Below, in pieces: positions 1 to 9,545 of a stretch of 64,000 bases of DNA. The stretch is from contig CAVOMQ010000001.1 in the NCBI GenBank assembly GCA_963697065.1, positions 252,538 through 316,537 of the forward strand, written 5' to 3'. The first letter of the stretch is position 1. Each line of letters opens with the position of its first letter. This DNA is from an uncultured Gemmatimonadales bacterium. Its GTDB lineage: Bacteria > Gemmatimonadota > Gemmatimonadetes > Gemmatimonadales > GWC2-71-9. Position numbers and translations under genes: made by a program. The notes under the pieces are model-generated. The model worked only from the letters and a program-made list of their open reading frames with translations. It was not told the DNA's origin and made no database searches.

Positions 1-165
1 GCCCGAACCGTCTGCCGCCGCGCCGAACGCGACGTCACCGCACTGGCCGAGCACGAGGAAGTGCCGCCGCTCTTCCTGATGTACCTCAACCGGCTGTCCG
101 ACCTCCTCTTCACGCTGGCACGCCTCGCCAATCACCGCGCCGGCAAGGCCGACGTCATCTGGTGA
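1..165 (+). CDS. ATP:cob(I)alamin adenosyltransferase (PduO-type), C-terminal fragment; 5' end outside window
   Basis: Frame +1 is open from base 1 and reads ...[39 protein letters not shown]. The LNRLSDxLFxxAR helix is the conserved C-terminus of PduO-type adenosyltransferases. It is absent from the ORF track because no start lies in the window. TGA 163-165 overlaps the aroB GTG (GTGA). Confidence 0.7.
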   Translation, partial: ARTVCRRAERDVTALAEHEEVPPLFLMYLNRLSDLLFTLARLANHRAGKADVIW

Positions 166-1229
166 ACGAGATCACGGTCCGGCATCGGGACGGCGCCTAC
201 CGCGTCAACGTCGCCGCCGGCGCGCGGCACCAACTCGGGGCGCTGCTCGCCGGCGACCACGCCGGAAGCCGCGCGGTGATCATCAGCGATGCCATGGTCG
301 CCGCCGCGGTGCCGAATCCGTTGCCTGGCGTCGAACAGCTCGTCTTTCCCGCGGGCGAAGCCCACAAGGTGCGGGACACCTGGAACGCCCTCACCGACGA
401 GCTCCTCGCCCGGCATTTCGGCCGCGACACCGTCATCGTGGCACTCGGCGGCGGCGTCACCACCGATCTCGCCGGATTCGTGGCGGCCACGTTCCTGCGC
501 GGCGTCCCGTGGATCGCCGTGCCGACCACGACGCTCGCCATGCTCGACGCCGCGATCGGCGGCAAGACCGGCGTCGACACCGCCGCAGGCAAGAACCTGG
601 TCGGCGCGTTCCACCCGCCGCATGCCGTCCTGTGCGATCCCGAGCTGCTCGCCACCCTTGACGACCGCCGGTACCGCGAAGGACTCGCCGAAGCCGTCAA
701 GCACGCGGTGACGATGGATGCCGCCTACGCCGACTGGATCGCCGATCACGCACCGGCAATTCTCCGCCGCGACCCGGACACCCTCACCCGTCTGGTGCAC
801 CGCAGCGCCGAACTCAAGGCCGCCGTCGTCACCGCCGACGAACGCGAGAGCGGCCGGCGCGCCGTGCTCAACGCCGGCCACACCATCGGCCACGCCATCG
901 AGCATGCCGCCGACTACACCATTCCACACGGCGAAGCGGTGGCCATCGGTCTCGTGCTCGAGGCCCGGCTCGGCGAAGCGATGCGGATTGCCAGGACAGG
1001 CACCGCCGATCGTATCGCGGCACTTCTCGGCGCGCTGGGCCTTCCGGTGAACGTGCCGGTTGATCTCGACGCGCCGCGAATCGAACGCGCGATGGCGTTC
1101 GACAAGAAGAACCGGCGTGGCGTCGTGCGCGCCGCACTCGTCGCCGACTGGGGCCATGCGCACCGGACCGGCGATAACCACTGGACCGTCCCGATCGACG
1201 TCGAAGCGCTGCACGCCGTCCTCAGCTGA
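162..1229 (+). CDS. aroB: 3-dehydroquinate synthase
   Basis: 355-aa track ORF. Motifs [12 protein letters not shown] (Gly-rich NAD loop), [11 protein letters not shown] and [11 protein letters not shown]...HGEAVAIG (metal-binding His) are diagnostic of AroB. Confidence 0.93.
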   Translation: MNEITVRHRDGAYRVNVAAGARHQLGALLAGDHAGSRAVIISDAMVAAAVPNPLPGVEQLVFPAGEAHKVRDTWNALTDELLARHFGRDTVIVALGGGVTTDLAGFVAATFLRGVPWIAVPTTTLAMLDAAIGGKTGVDTAAGKNLVGAFHPPHAVLCDPELLATLDDRRYREGLAEAVKHAVTMDAAYADWIADHAPAILRRDPDTLTRLVHRSAELKAAVVTADERESGRRAVLNAGHTIGHAIEHAADYTIPHGEAVAIGLVLEARLGEAMRIARTGTADRIAALLGALGLPVNVPVDLDAPRIERAMAFDKKNRRGVVRAALVADWGHAHRTGDNHWTVPIDVEALHAVLS

Positions 1230-1492
1230 CCCTCTCGCTGTCACTTACCCACAAATGCACCGGTCCGCACAACTCCGGACTCCCGTCCGCCGCAAGAGGT
1301 TGTGGCATTCATGCACATCAATGTGGAGAGTCCGCTGTTGACGGTGTGCAGGAACGGCGCAACACCTGACGCCACAAGTCGTTGTGATGTAGAGAGTTAC
1401 AGGACCTTGACAGCCGCCCTGAAGACCCCATCTTGAGCAGGCGATTTCGACATTTTCCCGATAACCAATTCACATCCGCCGAGTGGGCCCTC

Positions 1493-2383
1493 ATGCCCCG
1501 TCGTCGCCGTGCTCCGGAACGGACACGTTTGCCTGTGGCCGCTGCCGAATCGTTCGAGCAGTATCTGCGTGACATCAAGGATCTCCCCATGATCGCCAAC
1601 GTCGAAGAAGAACGACGTCTGGCGCGCCGGGCCCGCGAAGGCGACATCGACGCGGTCGATCGGCTGGTCACCGCGAACCTCCGCTTCGTGATTGCCTTCG
1701 TCAAACGCTACCAGGGTCACGGACTCGATCTTTCCGATCTGGTCGCGATCGGCAACGAGGGACTGCTCCGCGCCGTCCGCAAGTTCGACCCCGATCGCGG
1801 CGTCAAGTTCATCTCGTATGCGGTGTGGTGGGTGCGGCAGGCGGTGCTCAAGGCGCTCGCCGAGCAGACCCGGTCGGTGCGCTTCCCGCTCAACCAGAAC
1901 ACCGCGGTGGTGCGGTTCGCCAAAGCGCAGGGACTGTTGGCGCAGGAATTGGGGCGGACGCCCACCGATCAGGAGCTTTCCACGGCACTGGCGGTGTCGC
2001 TCGACGAGGTCCGCGACGCCAAGCGGCTCTTCGTCACCGAGGTATCGCTCGACGCGCCGGTGGAAACCAGCGACAGCCGTTCGACGACGCTCGGCGAACG
2101 TCTGCCGGTAGGCGACGCCAGCGAGATCGAACTCCGCACCGACGAGGTCCTGCGTCGCGATTTCATCGAACGGCTCTTCCGGCGCTACCTCACGCCGCGG
2201 GAACGCCGCATCCTCTCGCTGTACTACGGCCTCGACCCCACCGAAGAGGCGCGCACCCTGGAAGAGATCGGCGAGGCGCTGGGCGTGACGCGCGAGCGCA
2301 TCCGCCAGCTGCGTGAACGGGCGTTCGCGAAGCTGCGCGCCTGCCCCGAAATCCGGTATCTGGGAGAATTCCGGGCGGCGTGA
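1493..2383 (+). CDS. RNA polymerase sigma factor, sigma-70 family (alternative, group-3-like; no region 1.1)
   Basis: Track ORF 1433..2383 starts at TTG; I prefer ATG 1493. Region 2 is DLVAIGNEGLLRAVRKFDPDRGVKFISYAVWWVRQAV and the region 4.2 HTH is TLEEIGEALGVTRERIRQLRERAFAKLR. At about 297 aa it is too short for a primary RpoD. The start codon is uncertain. Confidence 0.85.
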   Translation: MPRRRRAPERTRLPVAAAESFEQYLRDIKDLPMIANVEEERRLARRAREGDIDAVDRLVTANLRFVIAFVKRYQGHGLDLSDLVAIGNEGLLRAVRKFDPDRGVKFISYAVWWVRQAVLKALAEQTRSVRFPLNQNTAVVRFAKAQGLLAQELGRTPTDQELSTALAVSLDEVRDAKRLFVTEVSLDAPVETSDSRSTTLGERLPVGDASEIELRTDEVLRRDFIERLFRRYLTPRERRILSLYYGLDPTEEARTLEEIGEALGVTRERIRQLRERAFAKLRACPEIRYLGEFRAA

Positions 2384-2426
2384 CCGCCGTCCGGCGCGCG
2401 CCGCTGGACGCTGCTTAGTTTCGGTG

Positions 2427-3095
2427 ATGTCGCGGCGCCTCCCGTTGTTCCCGCTCGACGTCGTGCTCTTCCCCGGTGTGGAGCTGCCGCTCCACATCTT
2501 CGAGCCGCGTTATCAGGCGATGCTGGCCGACGTGCTCGAAGCCGACCAGCGGTTCGGCATGCTCTCCGGCGGCCCGCAGAACGCCCCTCCCGAAAGTGGC
2601 ACCATCGGTTGCGTCGCCCGTGTCGCGACACAGATCGCGCTGCCCGACGGCCGGTCCAACATCGTCGTGGCGGGTGAATCGCGCTTCGTGCTCCGTCGCC
2701 TCGTGGACGAAGACCGCCCCTACCTGGTGGGCCTGGTCGACGAATTCGACGACGAGGAGGGCGTCGACGAGCTTCCCGCTGACATGGTCGAAGCGTTGCG
2801 CCAACTGGCCGGACGCTGTCGCGCCGCGCTCGGCGTGCTGACCGACCGGCCCGACGGCGCGCCCTGGGCCGCCGATCCGGCGACGCTCACGTTCCAGGTG
2901 GCGGGTGCATTGCCGTGGGGCACCGAGCAGGGACGACGCCTGCTTGCGGCGAGGTCTCCCGCGCTCCGTGCCGACATGCTGCTCCGGGTCCTGCCGCGAC
3001 TCGTGCCCGACCTCGAACGCCGCGCCAGTGTGCATCGCCATGCTGGCGGAAACGGCAAGGGACATCACCCGCCCGAGTGGGACGGCGAGTCGTGA
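2427..3095 (+). CDS. LON N-terminal (substrate-binding, PUA-like) domain protein
   Basis: Track ORF 2313..3095 trimmed to ATG 2427. MSRRLPLFPLDVVLFPGVELPLHIFEPRYQAM is the canonical start of stand-alone Lon N-domain proteins. Its stop overlaps the glcD start. Confidence 0.8.
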   Translation: MSRRLPLFPLDVVLFPGVELPLHIFEPRYQAMLADVLEADQRFGMLSGGPQNAPPESGTIGCVARVATQIALPDGRSNIVVAGESRFVLRRLVDEDRPYLVGLVDEFDDEEGVDELPADMVEALRQLAGRCRAALGVLTDRPDGAPWAADPATLTFQVAGALPWGTEQGRRLLAARSPALRADMLLRVLPRLVPDLERRASVHRHAGGNGKGHHPPEWDGES

Positions 3096-4510
3096 TCTCC
3101 GACGCGCTGATCGACGCATTCCGTGCGCTGGTCGGCACCGAACACGTCCGGCTGGCACCCGCCGAGCGACTCGTCTTCGCCAGCGACGGACTGCCGGCAC
3201 GACGGCAATCGCCGGGCGCGGTCGTCCTTCCCGGCACCCGCGGCGAACTGCTTGCCGTGGTGCGCGCCCTGCACGCGGCCGGCGTGCCGTTCGTGGCGCG
3301 CGGCGCCGGAACCGGTCTCAGCGGCGGCGCCCTCGCCGGCGCTGACACCGTCCTGGTGGTGCTCACCCGCCTCGACCGGATTCTCGCCATCGACGCGGTC
3401 AACCGCCGCGCCACGGTCGAACCGGGCGTCGTCAACCAGGCGCTCAACATCGCCGCCGCCCCACATGGTCTCCGCTTCGCACCCGATCCGTCGAGTCAGG
3501 TGGCGTGCACCATCGGCGGCAACGTCGCCGAAAACGCCGGCGGACCGCACTGCCTCAAGTACGGCGTGACGGCGCACCACGTCTGCGCGCTCGACGTCAT
3601 TCTTCCCGACGGGACCGAGGTGGCCCTCGGCTCGCCACACGGCGACAACTGGGGACCCGATCTCACCGGCCTGTTCATCGGCAGCGAAGGGACGTTCGGC
3701 GTGGCGGCATCCGTCACCGTGCGGCTCGAACCGCTGCCCGAGGCGATCGCCACCATGCTCGCCGGCTTTCCGTCGATCCGTGCCGCGGGAGCAGCGGTAT
3801 CGGCGCTGATCGCGTCCGGGATGGTGCCCGCCGCGCTCGAGATGATGGACCGCGCCTGTGTCGAGATCGTCGAAGCGTCAATCTATGCCGCCGGCTATCC
3901 GCGCGACGCCGCAGCGGTGTTGCTCTGCGAACTCGACGGCGCCGCGGCCGCGGTGGCGGAAGACGCCGTCACCGCCGAACGGATCCTGCGCTCGCATGGC
4001 GCCAGCACGCTGCACCGCGCCGACAGCGCCGCTGAACGCGACCGGCTCTGGAAGGGGCGCAAGCGCGCGTTCGGCGCCATGGGACGCCTTGGCCGCGATC
4101 TCGCGGTGCAGGACGCGGTCGTGCCTCGCACCGCGCTTCCCGACATCCTCGAGCGCATCACCGACGTAGCCCGCCGCTACCACCTGGTCATCACCAACGT
4201 CTTCCATGCTGGTGACGGCAACCTTCACCCGAGCATTTCGTTCGACTCGCGCGACCCCGATCTCACCGCACGCGTCCGGCAGGCGTCGGCCGAGATCATG
4301 GCGGCGTGTCTCGCACTGGGCGGCACCATCACTGGCGAACATGGCGTCGGGATCGACAAGATCGACTGGATGCCGAAGGCGTTCGACGCCGCGTCGCTGG
4401 CGGCGATGTGCCAGGTGCGCCGCGTCTTCGACCCCGAACACCGCGCCAACCCGGGCAAGGTCATCCCGGCGCACGCCTGCAAGGAATGGCACGCGGGCGG
4501 CGTGCGATGA
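3092..4510 (+). CDS. glcD: FAD-linked oxidase, glycolate oxidase subunit GlcD-like
   Basis: Track ORF 2915..4510 trimmed to GTG 3092 (GTGA overlap). It has an FAD-binding PCMH domain (VVLPGTRGELLAVVRALHAAGVPFVARGAGTGLSGGA) and the C-terminal GGTITGEHGVGIDK motif of glycolate/D-lactate oxidases. Confidence 0.88.
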   Translation: MISDALIDAFRALVGTEHVRLAPAERLVFASDGLPARRQSPGAVVLPGTRGELLAVVRALHAAGVPFVARGAGTGLSGGALAGADTVLVVLTRLDRILAIDAVNRRATVEPGVVNQALNIAAAPHGLRFAPDPSSQVACTIGGNVAENAGGPHCLKYGVTAHHVCALDVILPDGTEVALGSPHGDNWGPDLTGLFIGSEGTFGVAASVTVRLEPLPEAIATMLAGFPSIRAAGAAVSALIASGMVPAALEMMDRACVEIVEASIYAAGYPRDAAAVLLCELDGAAAAVAEDAVTAERILRSHGASTLHRADSAAERDRLWKGRKRAFGAMGRLGRDLAVQDAVVPRTALPDILERITDVARRYHLVITNVFHAGDGNLHPSISFDSRDPDLTARVRQASAEIMAACLALGGTITGEHGVGIDKIDWMPKAFDAASLAAMCQVRRVFDPEHRANPGKVIPAHACKEWHAGGVR

Positions 4511-5724
4511 ACGACGCGATGCGGCGGCTGCTGGCGGATATCGTCGGCCCCGGGGCGGTCGATCGCGACGCGCGGGGCCGGATCCGGATCCGGCCCCGCG
4601 CGACCGACGGCGTGGCCGCGGCGCTCACCACCGCCAACCGCGAGGGATGGAACGTGACGGTCGAAGGACAGGGCAGCTGGCAGCACGATGACGCTCCCGC
4701 CGACCTGGTGCTCTCGCTCGCGGCACTCGACCGCATCACCGACCTGCGCGCCGCCGATCTCGTCGTCACGGTCGGCGCCGGCGTCCCGCTCGACAGCCTG
4801 CGCCGCGCCGCACTCGAACACGCGACCTGGTGCGCGCTCGATCCACCGGGCCGCGCGGATCGCACCGTGGGCTCGGTCGTGGCGACCGCGACGGCCGGCC
4901 CGCTCCGCCATGGCTACGGGCCGGTCCGGCACCAGGTGCTGGGCCTGGTGACCGTCAGCGGCGATGGCACCGTTACCCATGCCGGTGGCACCACGGTCAA
5001 GAACGTCGCCGGGTTCGATCTGGTCAAACTCCACACCGGCGGTTTCGGCGGCTTCGGCGTCATCACCGAGTGCCATCTCCGGCTCCGCGGGCTGCCGCGC
5101 GCCGACACCACCTGGATCGCCGCCGGCGCACGTGACCGGCTCCTCGACGCGGCCCACCGCCTCACCGCGTCGCGCAGCGAGGCGGTCGCGGTCGAACTCT
5201 TCTCCCCGCGCCTGGCGGTGCGATCCGAATGGTTGCTGGCGGTCCGCCTCGCCGGTGGACCGGACGCCGTGCAGGCCGAAAGCGCGCGGCTTCCGGGCGC
5301 CGAGGATATCGACTGGGTGCAGCTCGGCAGCGACGAACCGGCGACGTTCTGGCGCGAGCAGGCATACCGCATCGTGTCCCAGCCGGTCACGCTCCGCATC
5401 GGGGTGCTCCCCGAAGGAATGGCCGAAACACTCGATCTCGTCGCCGACCGCATCGGCGAATCACTGCTGGCAGTCGGACCCGGAACCGGCAGCGTCCGAT
5501 GGAGTGGCGATGCCGACGCGGCAAGTCTGATGCTGCTCCGCGGACAGCTCGCCGTGCGCGAGATTCCGCTCACGCTCGAGCGGGCGCCGTGGGCGATCCG
5601 CGCGGCGGTCGGACATTTCGGCGCCTATCGCGAAGGTGTCGGACCGCTCGTGTCGCGTTTGCGGCATGTCTTCGACCCCGGCCGGCAACTGGTCGTGGCG
5701 CTGGAAGGAACCAGCGCGGCGTGA
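4507..5724 (+). CDS. glcE: FAD-binding oxidase subunit, GlcE-like
   Basis: Track ORF 4306..5724 trimmed to ATG 4507 (ATGA overlap). FAD-binding-4-like segments are REGWNVTVEGQGSW and GTTVKNVAGFDLVKL. It sits directly after glcD. Confidence 0.8.
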   Translation: MNDAMRRLLADIVGPGAVDRDARGRIRIRPRATDGVAAALTTANREGWNVTVEGQGSWQHDDAPADLVLSLAALDRITDLRAADLVVTVGAGVPLDSLRRAALEHATWCALDPPGRADRTVGSVVATATAGPLRHGYGPVRHQVLGLVTVSGDGTVTHAGGTTVKNVAGFDLVKLHTGGFGGFGVITECHLRLRGLPRADTTWIAAGARDRLLDAAHRLTASRSEAVAVELFSPRLAVRSEWLLAVRLAGGPDAVQAESARLPGAEDIDWVQLGSDEPATFWREQAYRIVSQPVTLRIGVLPEGMAETLDLVADRIGESLLAVGPGTGSVRWSGDADAASLMLLRGQLAVREIPLTLERAPWAIRAAVGHFGAYREGVGPLVSRLRHVFDPGRQLVVALEGTSAA

Positions 5725-6041
5725 ACGACGACTTCCGCGGGCTTGACCCCTGCACCCATTGCGGCTTCTGTCTCCCCGCCTGCCCCACCTACGCCACCAG
5801 CGGCGACGAACTTGCGTCTCCCCGCGGCCGCATCGTCCTGCTCCGGGCCCTCGCCGACGGGGAACTCGACGCCACCGATCCCGCGTTGCTTCGCCATCTG
5901 GGGAGTTGCACCCTCTGCGAAGCATGCGAACCGGCGTGCCCGTCAGGGGTGGCGTTCGGCGCCGCCTACCGCGCCGCCCAGCAGCTGCTGGCCGCTCGCG
6001 GCGTGCGGCTCGTTCCGTCGCCAGGAAGTTCACCGGCATGA
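5721..6041 (+). CDS. Short GlcF-like iron-sulfur subunit (2x[4Fe-4S] ferredoxin domain only)
   Basis: GTG 5721 (GTGA overlap) to TGA 6041, 106 aa. It has two CxxCxxCxxxCP motifs (CTHCGFCLPACP, CTLCEACEPACP), as in the GlcF N-terminus. The C-terminal CCG domains of full-length GlcF are missing. Confidence 0.7.
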   Translation: MNDDFRGLDPCTHCGFCLPACPTYATSGDELASPRGRIVLLRALADGELDATDPALLRHLGSCTLCEACEPACPSGVAFGAAYRAAQQLLAARGVRLVPSPGSSPA

Positions 6042-6952
6042 ACGTCGACATCGCGATGACCGGATCGGCATACCGTGACCTGCTGGCGGGGCGGTTTGCC
6101 GTGACAGTCGACGACGCCGTGTTCCGGCTGTCGGGACCGGGCACCATCGCCTGCCTGCAGGGCGTGCTCACCAACGACGTGGCCGGCGCCGGCACCGATG
6201 CGCTGCTCTGGGGCGCGGTGCTCACACCCAAGGGAATGATCATCACCGACCTGTGGGTGCGGCGGCAGGGTGCCGATGCGCTGCTGCTGGTGCCGGCTGG
6301 CGCGCGCGAGACGGTACGCCAGCTGCTGACCCGCTCCTTTCCGCCCCGGCTCACCCGTGCCACCGACGTCACCGGTGAGATTGCGGTTCGCTGGCTGGTG
6401 GGAGGGTCGCCACCGGCCCTCGACGCCGTCGACGTGGCGCGACCCGCTGGTGCCGCCCCCTTTGCGGCCGTGGTGCTGGCCCCCGATCCCGCCGCTGTCG
6501 ACGCGCGCCTCACCGCCGCCGGGTGGAAGCCGGCTCCTGCCGGGTATGCCGACGCCCTGCGACTGCTGGCCGGGTGGCCCGCCCTCGGCCGCGACATCGA
6601 TGCACGGACGCTGCCCCAGGAAGTGCGCTTCGACGAGCTCGGCGGGGTGCGCTACGACAAGGGCTGTTATACGGGACAGGAAACTGTTGCTCGATTGCAC
6701 TTCCGGGGGCACACCAACCGGTCGCTGCGCGGGCTCCACTTCGCCGCCGGCACCGTGCCGGACCAGCGCGAGGTGACCCGCGACGGCCGTCCGGTCGGCA
6801 CGGTCGGAACCACCGGGAAGATCGGCGACACACTGGTGGCGCTGGCCACGCTGCGGCGCGAAGTGGCTACCGGCGACATCGTCCGGGTGGGTGACGCGGC
6901 CGCCACCATCGTCGAGCTGCCGTTCGACCGGACCCTGTTCACGACGCCCTGA
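6038..6952 (+). CDS. ygfZ: Folate-binding YgfZ / GcvT-like Fe-S cluster assembly-repair protein
   Basis: ATG 6038 (ATGA overlap) inside track ORF 5759..6952. It carries the YgfZ signature KGCYTGQE (YDKGCYTGQETVARLHFRG). Confidence 0.85.
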   Translation: MNVDIAMTGSAYRDLLAGRFAVTVDDAVFRLSGPGTIACLQGVLTNDVAGAGTDALLWGAVLTPKGMIITDLWVRRQGADALLLVPAGARETVRQLLTRSFPPRLTRATDVTGEIAVRWLVGGSPPALDAVDVARPAGAAPFAAVVLAPDPAAVDARLTAAGWKPAPAGYADALRLLAGWPALGRDIDARTLPQEVRFDELGGVRYDKGCYTGQETVARLHFRGHTNRSLRGLHFAAGTVPDQREVTRDGRPVGTVGTTGKIGDTLVALATLRREVATGDIVRVGDAAATIVELPFDRTLFTTP

Positions 6953-6959
6953 AAGCAAA

Positions 6960-6987
6960 GCGCCCCGAAGGATCTGCTCCGGGGCGC
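6960..6987 (-). terminator. Intrinsic terminator hairpin between convergent genes
   Basis: GCGCCCCG (6960-6967) pairs with CGGGGCGC (6980-6987) around a 12-nt loop. Read on the minus strand it is followed by TTTGCTTTC, so it fits the lipoprotein gene ending at 7013. It may also stop ygfZ transcripts. Confidence 0.55.
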
Positions 6988-7012
6988 CTTCGGTGCGACA
7001 GCGAAACGGCGG

Positions 7013-7216
7013 TTACGGCTTCTTCATGCCCTTGCCGGTATCCGGCTTCTGCATGTTCATCCCGCTGTCACCACCCATCTTCGTGGTGTCCTTCTTCGTG
7101 GTGTCGGGGCTCATCGCCGGTGCCGACATGCCGGTCGTGTCGGTGGCCGGCGCCTTCGACTTGCTGCCACAAGCCGCAGCACCCAACACGGCCACAGCAA
7201 TCAGGTACTTCCGCAT
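7013..7216 (-). CDS. Small lipoprotein, unknown function
   Basis: 67-aa ORF with signal peptide plus lipobox MRKYLIAVAVLGAAAC, an SD-like GGGAGAGG upstream, and a Lys/Thr/Met/Asp-rich mature part. Confidence 0.65.
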   Translation of the reverse strand: MRKYLIAVAVLGAAACGSKSKAPATDTTGMSAPAMSPDTTKKDTTKMGGDSGMNMQKPDTGKGMKKP

Positions 7217-7468
7217 CGCCTCTCCCTTGGGTTGTGATGATGACGTGGGTCACCGAAGCCGGTACCGTGTATCGGCCGCTGTCGCCCGATGCACCGGGGA
7301 ACAAGTTAGGGCCGGTACGGGCGCTGTCAAGCCGCTAACCCGCTTCCCCGCCGCGACTTCCGGGCCAAAGTCCGGAACCGCGATACCTTCCGGGAGACGC
7401 GCGGCACCCGCCCACGTCGCACCACCGGGCCCCTTCCGGTGAACCAGCCGTACCGTTCCGGAGCGCAA

Positions 7469-8938
7469 ATGACCGTTCGACCGCGCACCCTTGCCGACCT
7501 CAAGCGGACCCGTTGGGCGGAGCCCCCATTGCGGGGCCGTTCCATCCGGGACGAAATCCGCGCCAACGTCCTGCACCGCCTGGCTTCCGGCGAGCCGCTC
7601 GTCCCCGGCATCGTGGGCTTCGACGACACCGTCATCCCGGAGATCGTCAACGCCCTGCTGGCCCGCCATGACTTCATCCTCCTCGGCACCCGCGGGCAGG
7701 CCAAATCCCGGCTGCTCCGGGGCCTCACCGGCTTCCTCGACGACGAGATTCCGATCATCGCCGGCAGCGAGATCAATGACGACCCGTTCGCGCCGATCTC
7801 GAAATACGGCAGGGAACGGCTCGACGAGTGCGGCGACGCCACGCCGATCGACTGGGTCGGCCGGGAGCAGCGCTACGTGGAGAAGCTGGCGACACCCGAC
7901 GTGACCATCGCGGACATCATCGGCGATGTCGACCCGATCAAGGCAGCCCGCGGCGGCCACGTGCTGGGCGACGAACTCACCATGCACTTCGGCCTGCTCC
8001 CCCGCGCCAACCGCGGCATCTTCGCCCTCAATGAGCTCCCCGATCTCTCCGGCAAGATCCAGGTGGGACTGTTCAACATCATGCAGGAAGGCGACGTCCA
8101 GATCAAAGGATATCCGGTCCGACTGCCGCTCGACCTGCTGCTGGTGTTCACGGCCAACCCCGAGGATTACACCGCCCGCGGCAAGATCATCACACCGCTC
8201 AAGGACCGCATCGGCTCCGAGATCCGCACCCACTACCCGCGCTCGATCGAGGTCGGGCTGGCCATCACCGCCCAGGAAGCGTGGCTCGATCGCGGCCCGG
8301 CGGGAGCCGAAATCCCCGCCTTCATCGCCGAGCTCGTCGAGCAGGTGGCCTTCGCCGCCCGCGAAGACAAGCGCGTCGACCGTCGCGCCGGCGTCAGCCA
8401 GCGACTGCCGATTTCGCTCATCGAGGTGGTGGCGAGCAACGCCGAACGGCGCGGCCTGGGCACCGGCGACAGCCGCAGTGTGGCACGGGTCAGCGACATC
8501 TACGCCGGCATCCCCGGGATCACCGGCAAGCTCGAGCTGGAATACGAAGGCGAACTGCAGGGCGGCGACACCATCGCACGCGAGTTGATCCGGCAGGCGG
8601 CCGCACTCGTCTTCGATGCCCACGTCGAGAGCGGACCGGAGGTGGAGGAGATCGTGGGATGGTTCGACCAGGGCGGCGCGCTCAAGGTATCCGCCGACGA
8701 ACGCGCCGAAACCTGCTGGCGCGCGTTCGGCATGATCCCGGGGCTCCTGCCGCTGGTTCGCGACAGCGGCCTGGCCGAGCGCGGCGATCACCCGACGGCG
8801 GTGGCGGCGTGCGAACTGGTGCTCGAGGCGCTGGCCGCCAAGCAGCGCATCAGCCGCAGCGACGAATCCGGTTGGCAGCGCGCCCGGGCGCCGCGCCGCA
8901 AACCGGGATACGGTGAAGGGGAGAACTTCAACCTGTAG
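7469..8938 (+). CDS. AAA+ ATPase, Mg-chelatase ChlI/BchI-like
   Basis: Track ORF 7439..8938 trimmed to ATG 7469, with GGAG 7 nt upstream. Walker A-like LLGTRGQAKS, Walker B-like GIFALNELPDL, then LLVFTANPEDY and GKIITPLKDRIG as in ChlI-type AAA+ modules. Confidence 0.85.
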   Translation: MTVRPRTLADLKRTRWAEPPLRGRSIRDEIRANVLHRLASGEPLVPGIVGFDDTVIPEIVNALLARHDFILLGTRGQAKSRLLRGLTGFLDDEIPIIAGSEINDDPFAPISKYGRERLDECGDATPIDWVGREQRYVEKLATPDVTIADIIGDVDPIKAARGGHVLGDELTMHFGLLPRANRGIFALNELPDLSGKIQVGLFNIMQEGDVQIKGYPVRLPLDLLLVFTANPEDYTARGKIITPLKDRIGSEIRTHYPRSIEVGLAITAQEAWLDRGPAGAEIPAFIAELVEQVAFAAREDKRVDRRAGVSQRLPISLIEVVASNAERRGLGTGDSRSVARVSDIYAGIPGITGKLELEYEGELQGGDTIARELIRQAAALVFDAHVESGPEVEEIVGWFDQGGALKVSADERAETCWRAFGMIPGLLPLVRDSGLAERGDHPTAVAACELVLEALAAKQRISRSDESGWQRARAPRRKPGYGEGENFNL

Positions 8939-9545
8939 CGCGGGCGCGGGCCGCCGCGACGACGACGGCGGCGGCGCGCTCGATGCCGAGCCATCCGGTG
9001 TTGAGCACCAGATGGTAGAGGTGCGGATCGCTCCAGTCGCGGTGGTAGTACTCCCGGTGGTAGCGTGCCCGGTGCGCGTCGATGTCCTTGATCTGCCGCC
9101 GCGCCTCGTCGTCGCTGACGCCGTTGCGCCTGGCGATGATCCCGGCGCGATAGTCGACGGCGGCCACCAGCCGCACGTGCAACACCTCCGCCGTCCTGTC
9201 GACCACGGCCGCCGCCGCGCGCCCCACCAACACGGCATGATCGGCGGCCGCTTCGGCCACCACCTGTTCGGTGATGCGCACCAACCGCGCTTCGGCCGCG
9301 TCCGGCGCGAGCGGCAGGTCGCCGGTCATCTCCGGTGTCGCCGCCGCGAGCGCGCGCGCCACCCGCTCGGGGAAGGTGGCACCGCGTTCTTCGCGGCGTT
9401 CCACTTCGGCGGCCGAAAGCCCGGCGCGCCGCGCCACTTCCTCGACCAGCTCGTTGTCCACCACGTGCCATCCGAGCGTGGCGGCCACGCGGGCCGCCAC
9501 CGCGGATCCCCCCGCGCCGTATTCGCGCGAGATGGTGATCAGCAT
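8928..9545 (-). CDS. Cytidylate kinase-like family protein
   Basis: These are the last 205 codons of the 953-aa track ORF 8928..11789, starting at ATG 9545. MLITISREYGAGGSAVAARVA is the P-loop-like start of the cytidylate_kin2 family. The C-terminal ...RYHREYYHRDWSDPHLYHLVLNT is typical. Confidence 0.8.
   Translation of the reverse strand: MLITISREYGAGGSAVAARVAATLGWHVVDNELVEEVARRAGLSAAEVERREERGATFPERVARALAAATPEMTGDLPLAPDAAEARLVRITEQVVAEAAADHAVLVGRAAAAVVDRTAEVLHVRLVAAVDYRAGIIARRNGVSDDEARRQIKDIDAHRARYHREYYHRDWSDPHLYHLVLNTGWLGIERAAAVVVAAARARATG

Noticed and set aside
132-1244. 370-aa minus-strand ORF covering the whole aroB locus
   Set aside because: It is the antisense shadow of a gene with unmistakable AroB motifs. 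The product is Arg/Gly/Ala/Asp-rich low-complexity sequence with no motifs, typical of spurious ORFs in ~70% GC DNA.
1301-1325. TGTG/CACA-rich imperfect palindromes upstream of the sigma-factor gene as a CRP/FNR-type site
   Set aside because: TGTGG-N7-GCACA has the wrong spacing for the TGTGA-N6-TCACA consensus, and the CACAT-CA-ATGTG repeat is only 5 bp. A TTGACA at 1407-1412 also has no convincing -10. The evidence is too weak to annotate.
7250-9238. 662-aa minus-strand ORF opposite the AAA+ ATPase gene
   Set aside because: The plus-strand frame carries Walker A/B and ChlI-like motifs. The minus-strand product is low-complexity with no recognisable domain. It is a shadow ORF.
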